From Tubiluchus corallicola (Eukaryota; Animalia; Priapulida), in NCBI GenBank assembly GCA_030141605.1, contig JAQGDQ010000104.1:248001-312000 (forward strand): a stretch of 64,000 bases of DNA, read 5' to 3'. The position numbers were made by a program, and so were the translations under genes. Positions 25,201-40,412 of the stretch are shown here, in pieces. The notes below the pieces were generated by a model. It searched no databases, was not told where the DNA came from, and saw nothing but the letters and a program-made list of their open reading frames with translations. The stretch's first letter is position 1. Each line of letters begins with the position of its first letter.

Positions 25201-28200
25201 TGTTAAAACTGATTACATGAGTCATAGTTATCAATGTGAATTACAGTCTGCAGTGTCAACTTAGATGTACTAAGTGCTAAGCATTGTACCTGAATTTTTC
25301 AACACCAACGTGCAGTTGATAATACTCTGCTATGTCGACATTTGGATCAAATCTCAGCGACACAGCACTTTGCCTAGAAAACAGCAAGACCTCAATGTAC
25401 CACAGAAATGACATGATGCACTTTTTAACACCAAAGAAAAGAAAAAATATTCTCAACGAAGGCAATTCCCACAGCTTAAAAGGGGAAGAAAAGGCAATTT
25501 TAAAGTACATCACAAAGAATTTTACATACACAGTCATATTACTTAGCATTTATGTAACTGGAAAAGAAAACTTTTGATAATTTAAAATGCTCACACGACT
25601 TGGTAAAATGGCACTGCATCGCCATCCCAGTGTGCAACACTGATTCACCAAAAACACATTATTGATCTTAATGACAATATAAAGTAATTTATAGACTTAT
25701 TTAGTTAAAGAAGCATGTGTTACGAATGCTCTGATTACTTTTCCAAACTTTACACGATGTTATCTTAACTGGCATCAAACGATTTACCGTTCAAATCGCT
25801 GCACTTAATGGTCATTGTGGGAGTACAAATATTCAAGCATTACTGCTAACTCTCCATTGCGTCGAGTTGTGTGCAATAAGACAGCATGCAAGTGACAGAA
25901 AATTTGAAGACAAATTTTTTGAGCTTTTTTATGAAGAGTTTTTTCTTGTGTTTTAAACTACAGTCAACCTCGGATATAAGGGACACCTCCAGACTGGAAA
26001 AAATTGTCCCTTATAACCGAATTTAAGCCAGACCGAGGGTGTATCTAGACCTGTAGTTTTCTATACTTTTACCCATATATTTATGGATTATTGCTACACA
26101 TTCAGTACAAACGGTATGCAGGAAGCTCCTTCAGTGATGTAAGATGTATTTGACCACGGAAACCGAGCTGTTCGAAGGCCGAGTTTGCGAAAAATTGAGG
26201 TTAAAAATCGATCAATTTCACTTTGATCATAGGGTCCTTTATATGCGAGGTAATTTACCTGGGTTTCTATTACGAGGGACCTGAAGATATCGTCCCTTAT
26301 AACCGAAAGTCCCTTATATCCAAGTACCTTACATACGAAGACTTCTACATAGGAAAACGTTACAAAAAATCAAGACCGGTGTTGGTGGTCCCTTATAAGC
26401 GAGTGCTGTTTACAAACGAGTACCTTATACCCAAGGTTGACTGTATTGCATTACTTAAAAAGGGTGCTGAACTGCAAAAGTTGACATCAAAGAAATAAAT
26501 ATTTGCCTAATGTAAACTTACTTCTGAGCCTGAAACTTTCACTGCCATGTAATTATGATACAAGAGTTAATTATAACCAATGACATTAAAAAATAAATTT
26601 TAAAATACAATACCACAGAATTTTAAAATAAATTTCCCTGAATTTTCCATGACATTTCTCTGACCAAACATTGATTTTCCATGACCCAGATAAGCAGAAA
26701 TTGCAGTACCATTATACACATTCAAACATTTTTGTGTATGGAAATTCTTACATATACTGATATAATGTGTTGCAGTAGTGCTAACAAAATTACACCAATA
26801 TAATTAAATAAACTTTCTTAATCCAATCATTATTTTTGGAACGGAAATCGAAACTGGGAGCCTGGCATAGCAAAATTTTATTTGAACATGAATAGCTGAA
26901 AAGCATATTTGGAAAAATATCGGTTTACGGGCAATTACTTTTGCAACCCTTTCCAGTTTCCCTGACTTTTCGCCCCATTTTCATCATTTTCCGGACTTCT
27001 TAACCAAATTATGTTTTTTCCCGACTTTTCAAGGATTTTCCAGGATTTTCCCTGGCTGAGGAACCCTATATAATAGTCCACTGAGTTATCTGCAGTTTCC
27101 CAGTAGCAAGAATTTCTGAATTTCTTGAGAAATGTCTTTAATTCTATAACCCAGAATTGACCAGAACCACTTCAAATGACAAAGACAAGAATAAAGCAGT
27201 TTTGACAGAAGCATTTTTTCACCAAACTGCCAAATTTTCCATTATATATGTACAATATCTTTATTTGCATAATGTCACATATATGCAATCACAAATAATA
27301 CAATAATATTACAATTGATAATAAAATACAATGGGCAAATATATATAAGTAACTAATTAGTCAGCAATATTAATAATATACTTTTAATTTCATTGAGGGT
27401 GAAGCCGGGAATTTCCGTTTCGTTTAATGTTGACGTTTAATGATATAGAAACTACGTTGATGTATGAACCACAAACGTTTAAGCAAATTGATCCGTTTAA
27501 GTAAATTGATTTCAAAGATCTGTCGGCATATAACCATGACATAGCAGTAAGTTATAAAAAATGACATTAGAAAATAAGAAAATTAGAAAAAAGAAAACAA
27601 TAATTTCATTAAAATATAATAAGGAGGGTCGATTTATTTATACATTATCCTTGTTCATATTTTCTGCCAGCAAAAAATTACGATTGCCTTTATTTTGCAA
27701 GATAGATATAAAATTTGAATCACTTAAATGCAAACTAGTAAAAAATTATGAACTAAAGTAATTCCGGCACTCACTGTTGAAAATCCGGATCGTGATTTCG
27801 TAAGACAGCCTCGATTTCATTCAACTTCTCGTCTTCCTCCTCTGTGTCGCTTCCACCGCCATCTTTTGTCTAAAAATAGTCTAAATTTTAATACGCTTCT
27901 TACGAAATCTTTTAAAATAAGTCAACACGTGGACTCTTGCAGAACGGGACAATTTTGAAATTTTTTCAAGTCAAATTTTATCAGTTATGAGGCCTATGCC
28001 CATCAGTAGTAGTTAAACTGCATTATTAATATGGCAAGGCTACTGATGAATGCAAAAATGTATATATAAAATTTGTCTTGAACATTAGACTTAATTTAGC
28101 AAAGCAAAAGTTGAAATAAGATTAAAAATATAAATTCTGAGAGGTATAATTAAATATTAAGTTAGTGCAAAGACACAGAATTCATTCATATACTACAAAC

Positions 28201-31200
28201 TTACAATTTCTTTATACACGTTCCAGTCATCATCATTTTGACCAAAGGTGTCGTCACCTTTGCCATTGGAATCCTTAACTTTTCTACCTGCAGTAAATCA
28301 TAAGATTTATTTAAATTGTTATTCTTTGTACGTATTAGAAAAAGTATTATGTAAATGAATGCGCAACCTGGTCCTTGTTGCAGGTGTTAAACTAAGTGCT
28401 AAGTGCTAGTGCAACCTGGTCCTTGCTGCAGGTGTTAAACTAAGTGCTAAGTGCTAGCGCAACCTGGTCCTTGTTGCGGGTGTTAAACTAAGTGCTCAGT
28501 GCTAACGCAACCTGGTCCTTGTTGCGGGTGTTAAACTAAGTGCTAAGTGCTAACACAACCTGGTCCTTGTTGCGGGTGTTAAACTAAGTGCTAAGTGCTA
28601 ACACAACCTGGTCCTTGTTGCAGGTGTTAAACTAAGTGCTCAGTGCTAGCGCAACCTGGTCCTTGTTGCGGGTGTTAAACTAAGTGCTAAGTGCTAGCGC
28701 AACCTGGTCCTTGTTGCGGGTGTTAAACTAAGTGCTCAGTGCTAACGCAACCTGGTCCTTGTTGCGGGTGTTAAACTAAGTGCTAAGTGCTAACACAACC
28801 TGGTCCTTGTTGCGGGTGTTAAACTAAGTGCTAAGTGCTAACACAACCTGGTCCTTGTTGCAGGTGTTAAACTAAGTGCTCAGTGCTAACGCAACCTGGT
28901 CCTTGTTGCGGGTGTTAAACTAAGTGCTAAGTGCTAGCGCAACCTGGTCCTTGTTGCGGGTGTTAAACTAAGTGCTCAGTGCTAACGCAACCTGGTCCTT
29001 GTTGCGGGTGTTAAACTAAGTGCTAAGTGCTAACACAACCTGGTCCTTGTTGCGGGTGTTAAACTAAGTGCTAAGTGCTAACACAACCTGGTCCTTGTTG
29101 CAGGTGTTAAACTAAGTGCTCAGTGCTAACGCAACCTGGTCCTTGTTGCGGGTGTTAAACTAAGTGCTAAGTGCTAGCGCAACCTGGTCCTTGTTGCGGG
29201 TGTTAAACTAAGCGCTAGCGCAACCTGGTCCTTGTTGCGGGTGTTAAACTAAGTGCTAAGTGCTAGCACAACCTGGTCCTTGTTGCGGGTGTTAAACTAA
29301 GTGCTAAGTGCTAGCACAACCTGGTCCTTGTTGCGGGTGTTAAACTAAGTGCTCAGTGCTAGCACAACCTGGTCCTTGTTGCGGGTGTTAAACTAAGCGC
29401 TAGCGCAACCTGGTCCTTGTTGCAGGTGTTAAACTAAGTGCTCAGTGCTAGCGCAACCTGGTCCTTGTTGCAGGTGTTAAACTAAGTGCTAAGTGCTAGC
29501 ACAACCTGGTCTTTGTTGCGGGTGTTAAACTAAGTGCTAAGTGCTAGTGCAACCTGGTCCTTGTTGTGGTTGTTAAACTAAGTGCTAGCGCAACCTGGTC
29601 CTTGTTGCGGGTGTTAAACTAAGTGCTAAGTGCTAGTGCAACCTGGTCCTTGTTGCAGGTGTTAAACTAAGTGCTAAGTGCTAGTGCAACCTGGTCCTTG
29701 TTGCGGGTGTTAAACAAAGTGCTAAGTGCTAGCGCAACCTGGTCTTTGTTGTGGGTGTTAAACTAAGTGCTAAGTACTAGCGCAACCTGGTCCTTGTTGT
29801 GGGTGTTAAACTAAGTGCTAAGTGCTAGCGCAACCTGGTCCTTGTTGCGGGTGTTAAACTAAGTGCTAAGTGCTAGCGCAACCTGGTCTTTGTTGTGGGT
29901 GTTAAACTAAGTGCTAAGTGCTAGCGCAACCTGGTACTTGTTGCGGGTGTTAAACTAAGTGCTAAGTGCTAGTGCAACCTGGTCCTTGTTGCGGGTGTTA
30001 AACTAAGTGCTAAGTGCTAACGCAACCTGGTACTTGTTGCGGGTGTTAAACTAAGTGCTAACGCAACCTGGTCCTTGTTGCGGGTGTTAAACTAATTGCT
30101 AAGTGCTAACGCAACCTGGTCCTTGTTGCGGGTGTTAAACTAAGTGCTAACGCAACCTGGTATTTGTTGCGGGTGTTAAACTAAGTGCTAAGTGCTAGCA
30201 CAACCTGGTCCTTGTTGCGGGTGTTAAACTAAGTGCTACGTGCTAGTGCAACCTGGTCCTTGTTGCGGGTGTTAAACTAAGCGCTAAGTGCTAGTGCAAC
30301 CTGGTCCTTGTTGCGGGTGTTAAACTAAGTGCTAAGTGCTAGCACAACCTGGTCCTTGTTGCGGGTGTTAAACTAAGTGCTAAGTGCTAGCGCAACCTGG
30401 TCCTTGTTGCAGGTGTTAAACTAAGCGCTAAGTGCTAGCGCAACCTGGTCCTTGTTGCGGGTGTTAAACTAAGTGCTAAGTGCTAACACAACCTGGTCCT
30501 TGTTGTGGATGTTAAACTAAGCGCTAAGTCTGCAGACACTGGACACCGATGTGTTTTACTGTCATTGTGAGCTTGTCAACCCAGAGTTTCAGTTATTGAC
30601 AAAAATATCCTCGCTTTCAAAAAAATTTACTTTGTATTGCATAACATTTTCAATGTTATTAACAGCACTGATCACTCACATTTTCTTTGTATATATGATT
30701 TTTGTGGAATTTGAGTCTGGATGAAAACAATCTATTCAGTGACTTTTTGAGGTACAGTGCTTTATGTTGGTGTCACCACAAATTGGCTCAAACCACCCAC
30801 AAGGCCCACCTGATAATTAGTACTGACAACCAGGCAGTAAGCACTATGTTTGCCTCTATCATTCCACATGGTTACCATGCCAAGGAACAATATCAAATTT
30901 TTAATATTGGGGGACTTATATTTTAAAACTTTGTAATGCTTTCGTATGTTTCATTACGTCTTATATGGCAGTAGCTTACTTAAAAAATGTCAATAAATTC
31001 TGCATGTTTTTATCATTATTTTTATATTATAGTATTATCAAAAAAATTGTATATTTTGAAAGTTATGTAATCTAATGTGGACCGTGCCCTAAAAGAATAA
31101 ACTATATCTATCTATCTGTCTACCTGTGTAACTAAGAGCTTAGCAATAAATCAACACCAAACAAATCAGACATTTTTAAGAGATCATTAAAAAAGCATGT

Positions 31201-34200
31201 AAGGCACATAATACAGTAAGAGCAAACATAGGCAAAAAATGTGAAATCAATCGTGTTGGGGCAGAATTTAGTTTGTGGCATACTGTGATTGGTGGTTAGT
31301 AGCGGCACACTGTGATTGGTGGAAGACAGAGAGGGTACTACTTGAAGAGGGAAGTTACTGAACTGATGCAATAGACAGCTTTGCTTTATACACACGTCGC
31401 GTGACGGTTGTAGTTAACATGCGTTGCTGTGCTACACTTAACCTTTGACCTACAGCAATGCGCGTGTGTATAATGAAATAACACTTCCATATATATATTA
31501 ACTCTTCCATCATCGTTCTGCAAAACTTAACAAACGGCATCACCATTTAGCAGAACAGTACAAAAGCTCACAAAAACATCAATACACGCATAATTCACAG
31601 AAGACGTGCATACAAACACATTAGACGCTGCGCTTACTGTCAGCTAGTTGCGTTATGATCTTCATTCTCTGCTGAGATGCGAACGTCCTCCTCTTAGCCA
31701 TCTCCTCCCGTCTTTTCCTCCGCTTATTTCGCTGCTCCATAATCTCCTGAAAAGAGTAGGAAATGCAATGTAATGAACAGATGAGAATAGGAACATAGAC
31801 AAGCTGTGAAACTTCTTAGACAATTTGGACAAAAAGTTAGGAAAACCCGTAATTTTCTTCAACAATACATGCCCCGGACATAATACAATAAGTCCTCGCG
31901 TAACACCGCTAATGCGTTCCAGCAAAACACATCATTAAGGGAAACGTCGCTAAACGAAACATTGTTTTTCATAAGAAACAATATAGAAACCTACAGTTGT
32001 GTTCCAGAAGCAAAAATCAATAGTGCTTCACAATTCAGAATCAGAAACGTTCAGTTGCTTGCAGTGGGGCGAAAACCACTAAGCATGGCTATGTTAAAAG
32101 GGTTAGTTACCTTGCTGGAGAAAAATCAATAATGTTTGGCTCATAAATTAAGCACAGTGTATGGTTTATTGCTTACAGTTCTACAGTGTTTCTTTAATTA
32201 AAATATTACTAAAATTACTAGTGCTGTGTTTGTGGCAGCTAAAATGCAAATGACGTAAACTCGTCAATTAACTATGTAACAGGAGAGAGTTTTCACCAGC
32301 TGACACTCTTACATTTTATCAAGAAGAATTTTATCTAAACATTGGAAAGCAATGAATCATTGTGGCCTGCCTGTAGTTGATTGCCTGCCGGCCCTTTAAT
32401 TGTGCTACAGTGAGCTAGGTTAAGTAGCTGGCTTGATAGAGTACAAGTGCAGTAAATAAGATTTCAGTGTTTAAAGTAAGGCAAAAAAAATTGTCGTTAA
32501 AACGAAACACGTGACGCTATGCAAAAAAATGTTGTTAAAACGAAGCACGTGACCCTATGCAAAAAAAGGCGTCAAGTGATTAGCGGGTAGTCGTTAAGCG
32601 AGGACTCACTGTACCAGCCAATGGCACAGACCTGCCGCTTTTGTCTCATTTCCACTAGCGTTCTCTCGTCGATCTTCTTCGAGGCATCGGCGCCGTTTTC
32701 CTGCTTCCTCATCTTCGTGTCGGATGGACTTTCGGAACGAGAACGCTTCCCACTTTCCTTGTTCCCATCTTCTATAAACTTTATCAGAAGAAACGTCAAA
32801 TTTAAACTACGAAATTACTGGTACTTTCACACAATACCCGGCGGACAGGCTACAGGTGTTCACACGTAACTGTAACCATGAAAATGCTGCAGAAATTTCA
32901 ACAGTACAATACATGATAACCATGAAAATACTGCTACAAAATTTCAGCCGAGCTTTTTATACAGAATTTAATAAACATCATGAGATAAACTATGAATAAC
33001 GACTTAATAGCTAATCATAAAGTTTGATCAACAATGGAAATCTTACATGTGGCCTTTATCTGAAATCCCCTACCAAAACAACAGAAGCCATCGTGGGCAT
33101 AGATATTCCTTCATTCAGCCACAAAAACAACAAATACATGGCACTAGGGATGCTACCGAAACTGAAACTACAAACCAAAACTGAAGCGGAAATTCATGAA
33201 ACATAGGAAACTGATACCGAAATAAAAGCATTTTTGCAAAACCAATTACTATCAAAACTGAAGAAAATTCTGAAAAGAATAGAAAACTTTGTTTTTGCTT
33301 GTTTGCTTTGACACAAGCTTGATGAAGTTCGGCAAAAAATCCTAACCAAACAGTTAACCATAGAACAATGTTGACGGTTAGATCACGAAACTTCAAGAAA
33401 TTGAAGAATTTTATACTGTAAATATTTTGTTGCCTATAATTCATAAATTATAAAATTAGATTTGATTTTATTCAAACTGCACTTTGAAATTTCGGTTAAT
33501 TGTGCCTGGAGACCTTATAGCCTCTCAGTCATCAGCCGCATTGCCGTAAAAAACATGCTACAAATAGTAAAAAGTTAAACAAACGGTATTTGCACTTTAT
33601 CTGAACTATTTTAGCTAAAATTTATCAGCGATTTTAACATCTGAGAGAGAAAAACGGTAAGCTGGATAAATACTATTAAAACCTCAGAAATATGCTACCG
33701 AAAATTACTGAAACTATCCGCTACGAAACTTAATAATTTACGACGAAAACGAAAATTCAACCGAAAGTGCAATTATTGCCAAACTGAACGAAACTGTCGT
33801 TTTGGTAACATCCCTGCGTGACACTGTTCATGTTCACAAACCTACTCTTAATGTGCTACCTGGTAACAGTAACGTGTGGCACTGTTCATGTTCACAAACC
33901 TACAGTTAATGTGCTACCTGGTAACAGTAACGTGTGGCACTGTTCATGTTCACAAACCCACTGTTAATGTGCTACCTGGTAACAGTAACGTGTGACACTG
34001 TTCATGTTCACAAACCTACTATTAATGTGCTACTTGGTAATAGTAACGTGTGGCACTGTTCATGTTCACAAACCTATTGTTAATGTGCTACCTGGTAACA
34101 GTAACGTGTGGCACTGTTCATGTTCACAAACCTACCGTTAATGTGCTACATGGCAACAGTAACGTGTGGCACTGTTCATGTTCACAAACCTACTGTTAAT

Positions 34201-37200
34201 GTGCTACCCGGTAACAGTAACGTGTGGCACTGTTCATGTTCACAAACCTACTGTTAATATGCTACATGGCAACAGTAACGTGTGGCACTGTTCATGTTCA
34301 CAAACCTACTGTTAATATGCTACATGGCAACAGTAACGTGTGGCACTGTTCATGTTCACAAACCTACTGTTAATGTGATACCTGGTAACAATAACGTGCA
34401 ACTCAGGAAAGGATAATTAGTAAACGAACTTTGTTATTACAAACTTACGTCATCTGTTTGCATCCTTTTCTTAATTCGTTCAATATTCTGACCAATCCTG
34501 TCGATAGTCCACTGGATTTCATTCGGGGAAGAGAACCCTGCATCTTCTAATGCTTTCTATAGTAATTTACAAAAAACCAAGTTATGGCATACCTTATCAG
34601 AGATATAATGGTGATTCAGTTGCAATCAAAACACAGCTCTTTGTCTCAACGGTCTGTCTCAACCAAAAAGCAATTTCCCATGTAAATGTGACCGAAGTCG
34701 AGTTTCTATTCATGATCTATGATCTAGTTTTTCCCGTACACATAACTGGGATAGATACTTGTAGATTCACGCGGGAAGTCCGAAATCGCCAAAAAAATAA
34801 TTAATCAAATTTTCCATTAGAATATCACAAGACCTCACTTTGGACGGAAGTTTTTGCAAGAAATGGAAAAACAGCAACGAATTTACTGTTTAGTGTTAAA
34901 TCCATCGTTTGAAATAAAATCTTCACATTCTTATGTTGGATTTATGTTTACTGTGAGTGTAACATCACAGATATTTATGAAGACGCGTTATTTCATGGTT
35001 TTACATGGCGGAATGGTGGTTTCATGACAATAAAGTTTATTACAGTGTTCCCTCGCTACTTCGCAGTTCGTTTATCACAGATTCGCTGTTTCACGGGTTT
35101 TCAAAAATATTAATGTAAAATATTTATCGCGGTATTTTCGCTGTTTCGTGGGTTTTTGCAGTACTCCGTCTAAAGTATTTTAGCACATGCGTAGTACGTA
35201 TTGTACAGTAATGTATAGATTTGATGAATTTTGCATTAAAAAAAGCAAATTTTTGCTTTTGCAAATGCGCGCAACACGTTCAAGAAATGTTTTTGATGTT
35301 GAAAATTAAGTTAATTTGTGATGTCATCAATAGTTGGGATCACCTGCCATTAATTTAGTTTTTAATCTATTATTTAATTATCAGAAATGCTTTTGCAGTA
35401 TTAATTGAGTTAAAATGTATACTTCTTATTGGACTTGAAAATGAGGCAGTTTATGAAAAATCATCCTGTTTTCTCTTAACTATGCATTTTATGATGAATG
35501 CATAGGATAACAAACAACTATTAAATTTTAGAAACCAAAGTTTCAAAAACAAACGCAAGTGCAAAAAAGTCGGGCAGAACTTAGATTCGAACCCGAAATG
35601 TTTGAATAACATGCATTTTATTTCTACATTATGGCAATTCGTTGGAGAACATTTTCTTATCAAAGTACGTACATTATACTGGTCTTCGTTCCCCTCGCTG
35701 ATAAGTTCTTTGAGATTCGTTAACTGCTGCAATTTTTCCTGCTCCTCCGACAGCTGTTAAAAATCCAAGATGCACATTAGAATCCCCAGTTTTCTCTAAA
35801 CACACGGTAAAAAATCGTGACTAGCAAAACGACACATTTCGCCAGTACCACATCAAAATTCTGTATTTATCATTTACGCTGTTTCAAGAAAATTGAAATA
35901 AGCAGCTGATTAAAAAGAGCAGACAGCAACTAAACTGCTACATTAGTATAGTTACAGTAATTCCTGTAGAAAATGAAGACATATGCTTATAATTTAGTTC
36001 CATTTAAAATGTCTACAGGTTACACCTTTATCACCTGATCATCAAGTCTCTTTATTAAAGTCTAGTGAAAAGGGCATCAACTCTAGTGAAAATGGCATCA
36101 ACTCTAGTGAAAATGGCATCAACTCTAGTGAAAATGGCATCAACTCTAGTGAAAATGGCATCAACTCTAGTGAAAATGGCATCAACTCTAGTGAAAATGG
36201 CATCAACTCTAGTGAAAAGGGCATCAACTCTAGTGAAAATGGCATCAACTCTAGTGAAAAGGGCATCAACTCTAGTGAAAATGGCATCAACTCTAGTGAA
36301 AATGGCATCAACTCTAGTGAAAATGGCATCAACTCTAGTGAAAATGGCATCAACTCTAGTGAAAATGGCATTAACTCTAGTGAAAATGGCATCAACTCTA
36401 GTGAAAATTTACAAGCCTGACAACAATTAAAGACCATGGGTAATACCCTTTCCAGAACATTATTAAGAGTTATTGAAGCCAATAGTGATGATGATAATGA
36501 AAATTTATTTGCAAAATCGACAATTATTGTCATCAGATGTGCTATAAAGAGGCGTACAATAAGAGTGACTGCAATAAAATATAAGAATACAACTCACGAC
36601 TCAGCTAATTAAGCTGTGTAGTAAAAAATGGTAAAAAATAAGATTCACACAAATTAAATGTTAAGTAAAAAGATAGGTTTCAAGACTCATTTTAAAACAG
36701 TTAAAATCAGTAGCAGAATTCAGCTAAATGGAAGTTTATTCCGTTCACATGAAGCTAGCATAGAAGTGATACAAAAGTAGAATGTCCAGTTCTCAACTGG
36801 AACACCTGGCCCTTGGATTACCAATCAAAAACCTAACTGGGCTAATTGGGATTGGACCCATCTTGTGATTAAGACAGCCATTCAGGCACAACCATCATTT
36901 CAACAGTTTGGAAATATAACACAAACATGATATTTTGTCTCCAGTTTGTAAATGGCCATTGACAGCAAACAAATGAATTTTTAGTTATCCTAAGTTTAGT
37001 AAACACAGCAGTTTACGTAAATCTAACTCATTTATTTAAAGGCATCGGCTAATGATTATTAAAAATAATGATTACAAATTACTTTTATGATTAATGATCA
37101 AAGGAATTATTAGTAATGATCACACATAATATAGTAAAAAAACATAACATGTAATTATATCTAAAAATGAGGTAAAGTTGCTTTTAAGCAAAAACCTGCA

Positions 37201-40200
37201 GCAGGTAAATTCTTGGTTAAAAATCATAGAAGCTAAACGATTACTTTGCAACCAAAAATAAACTTGCAAAAATAAACATAATGACAAACATACAGTGACA
37301 CCTGAAAACAAAGTGAAGTTGCAAAGGCTTTTAAGCAAACACCTATATGATGCGAAGTTTTAGTTACAAATCATAAAAGTTACTTATTAACCAACAAGGA
37401 ACTTGCCTTCTCTTCTCGCTTTCGTGCTTGGAACTCTTTCAGTTTCTTCACGTTGCCCTGTCTCTTCTCCTTCAGTACATCAGCTGATAAACCATATCCT
37501 GGAAGCTAAAAAAACTTGGCTTCATTTACTAACAACTTGCTTGCTTACTCACATAAAAATGTAGTTTGATAAGCAGACATTGGCCTAAAATTTTGTGTTT
37601 GGTGAAAAGATTTGACTTCATACCTCAAGCCTTTGTTTCAAACTCCAAGTCAAATACTAAAAGTTTTGTTAATTGAACTAAAACTTGGCTTCATGCACAA
37701 AAATTAGATTTCATCTGCAAAAAACATAGCTTGAAATATTTTGCAACATAGCCGAGTTTCATTCAGTACAGTAATACAGTGCACACGGTAATTACAGTGA
37801 TACCTTGAGATACGAAATTAGTTCGTTACGGAGGGGCTTTCGTATCTTAGAATTTTCGTATTATCAGACAAGATTTACTATATAAATGCCGCAATTCGTT
37901 ACGGCCCCCCGAAAACACTCGTATAAAGTGTAAATATTGTACCTGGAAAGAAATATGTTCGCTAATGACCGATCATCATTCTGGGAGGACCGCTATCGGG
38001 CGGTAATTTCGATTTTCGTTTCGTATCTTGAATTTTTTTTCGTTAAATGGGATGGAAATTTCTCCGAAGCCCGATTTGTATTCTGAATTTTTCGTATAAT
38101 AGGGTTTTCCTAAGTCAAGGTTCCACTGTACGTATATAAATAATATGTGGCTTCACAGCAAAACTAAATCTTGCACATTAAAATTAACTTGAAAGATAAA
38201 AATTGTCTTAAAGAGATTAAACTTCAGTTTACATACTAAAATTCAACTTCGAACAATAAGAACAGATTAGAACAATAATTCACATTAAAATTTAAATTAA
38301 AAAGTTTGCAAGACAAACTTTCCCTACCCTGATCAACTTAATCGACGAAATACTGAGCATTCAAGGAAAACCGTTTTTCGTTGTTAAATTAGTCAACAAC
38401 AATAATAGAACAAAAAGGTAATATGACTTCTAACAACTTACAGGAGTGACCGGCAACTGGACTTTGCAGACGTGGTCATCATAGTATTCTGGCACTGACC
38501 ACTCATCCAAATGTGCAGCATAGTCGACGGCAATGTAACAGAACTTGTGCACTAGCTCCTAAAATGAAACGCACAAACAAACAAACAGTTTATACACTTG
38601 TATAATAATAATAACCATTGCATAACTCTATATCGCAAAAATCATAATGTTTTAAGATTATTAATTGCGGCTAACTCGGTGGTCTAAAGCATAAGTTTGT
38701 CTGCTCTGCAGACTGCTCCTGTTGTGTAGGTCAGCATCTTGTCTGACCAACAATGAACAAGCAAAGACAGAGCCCAAAGCCGCACCGTTTGAGCTAGAGC
38801 TCCAGCCAGTTTATTTCCACGGTCGACCTAGCCGATAAGAAACCCAGCTTTAGTCGCGCCAGCAGCTCAGTGATGGGAGTCCAGCTAATCGACATTTTTG
38901 CCGTCTGCGAAAACTTTCGCTCTTTCAATAATCACGGCAAATCACTGGTCGAAATATGGCAAAAGCATTGGTGATTCGTGGTCAGATTGTGCGTGCACTG
39001 ACAGAGATACGAAACTTTAGAAATTTTTGAACGAGAAAGCTGGTAAATTCAAAATTAAATACACAAATAGGCAACATAAGTCACACGTATGGGATCATTT
39101 TGGTGTTAAATAAGATTTAAATTACATTTGCAATAAATTAATTTCCTTTTGTAATAAAAAAAATGATCTCTAATACATTATTTGAATTTGTACATCAGCT
39201 TTTTTTCAGCGTATAAGCAACGCAAACTATTTAAAAAAAATTTCGCCACAATTTAACAGTTGACTAACAATTTATCATTTATTTAGTTAACAAAAATTCG
39301 TAGCTTTAGCTGACTTAGCCGATTTTTTCTTTACGTCAACTCAGCTGAAAAGTTAGTCAACATCAACCGAGCTAGCTGATTTACTGTGTGAGTCAGCTGA
39401 TGTAGTAGCAACTGACTCAACTTCGGCCGAGCTAGCTGATTTACGGTGTGAGACAGCTGATGTAGTAGCAACTGACTCAACTTCAGCCGAGCTAGCTGAT
39501 TTACTGTGTGAGACAGCTGATGTAGTAGCAACTAACTCAGCTTCAGCCAAGCTAGCTGATTTACTGTGTGAGACAGCTGATGTAGTAGCAACTGACTCAG
39601 CTTTAGTCGAGCTAGCTGATTTACTGTGTGAGACAGTTGGTGTAGTAGTAACTGACTCAGCTTTAGTCGAGCTAGCTGATTTACTGTGTGAGACAGTTGG
39701 TGTAGTAGTAACTGACTCAGCTTTAGTCGAGCTAGCTGATTTACTGTGTGAGACAGTAGGTGTAGTAGTAACTAACTCAGCTTTAGTCGAGCTAGCTGAT
39801 TTACTGTGTGAGTCAGCTGATGTAGTAGCAACTGACTCAGCTTTAGTCAAGCTAGCTGATTTACTGTGTGAGACAGTTGGTGTAGTAGTAACTGACTCAG
39901 CTTTAGTCGAGCTAGCTGATTTACTGTGTGAGACAGTTGATGTAGTAGTAACTAACTCAGCTTCAGCCTAGCTAGCTGATTTACTGTGTGAGACAGCTGA
40001 TGTAGTAGCAACTGACTCAGTTTCTGTCTCTAAGTACAGACACAGTAAGCAGCAATAAGAGAATGGTTTTAACAGTTCAACTGACAGGAAAATTCAAATT
40101 TTCGTAAACAAAGAAGGCAAAAATGAGTGTTTTACCTGTTTCATTAGTAAGAGGAATGATAAAAACAAAGATAACTTCAATAATGTCACAACTTAAGTGC

Positions 40201-40322
40201 CCTGCAAGCTTAATCATGATCTAGAAACAATTTAGATGAAGAATAAAATCCATTTCTAGATATTGTTTATTTGTCTAAAGTATCTAACCTTACAATTAAT
40301 TAGCATTCTTACAAAGAAAAAC

Positions 40323-40412
<90 letters not shown>

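Noticed and set aside
28361-30529. CRISPR-like appearance of the 48-bp array (also the 58- and 60-bp arrays)
   Set aside because: The units are contiguous with no unique spacers, no cas genes are present, and the context is a eukaryotic intron.
33047-33069. Possible 13- or 23-nt ACTR5 microexon with a GTAAGA donor
   Set aside because: Not needed: the AAG acceptor at 32779-32780 joins exons 10 and 11 in phase. It cannot be fully excluded without transcripts.
36042-36533. ORFs (MPFSLEL)n and (MASTLVK)n
   Set aside because: Artefacts of a stop-free 21-bp intronic repeat.
38665-38900. tRNA-like A-box sequence (similar weak cases near 3820 and 6025)
   Set aside because: No cloverleaf or convincing B box; possibly decayed SINE heads, too weak to call.
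39353-39850. Mucin-like Ser/Thr ORF on the ACTR5 strand
   Set aside because: Translation of the 60-bp minisatellite. Exons 6 and 7 join in frame without it, and some units contain stops.
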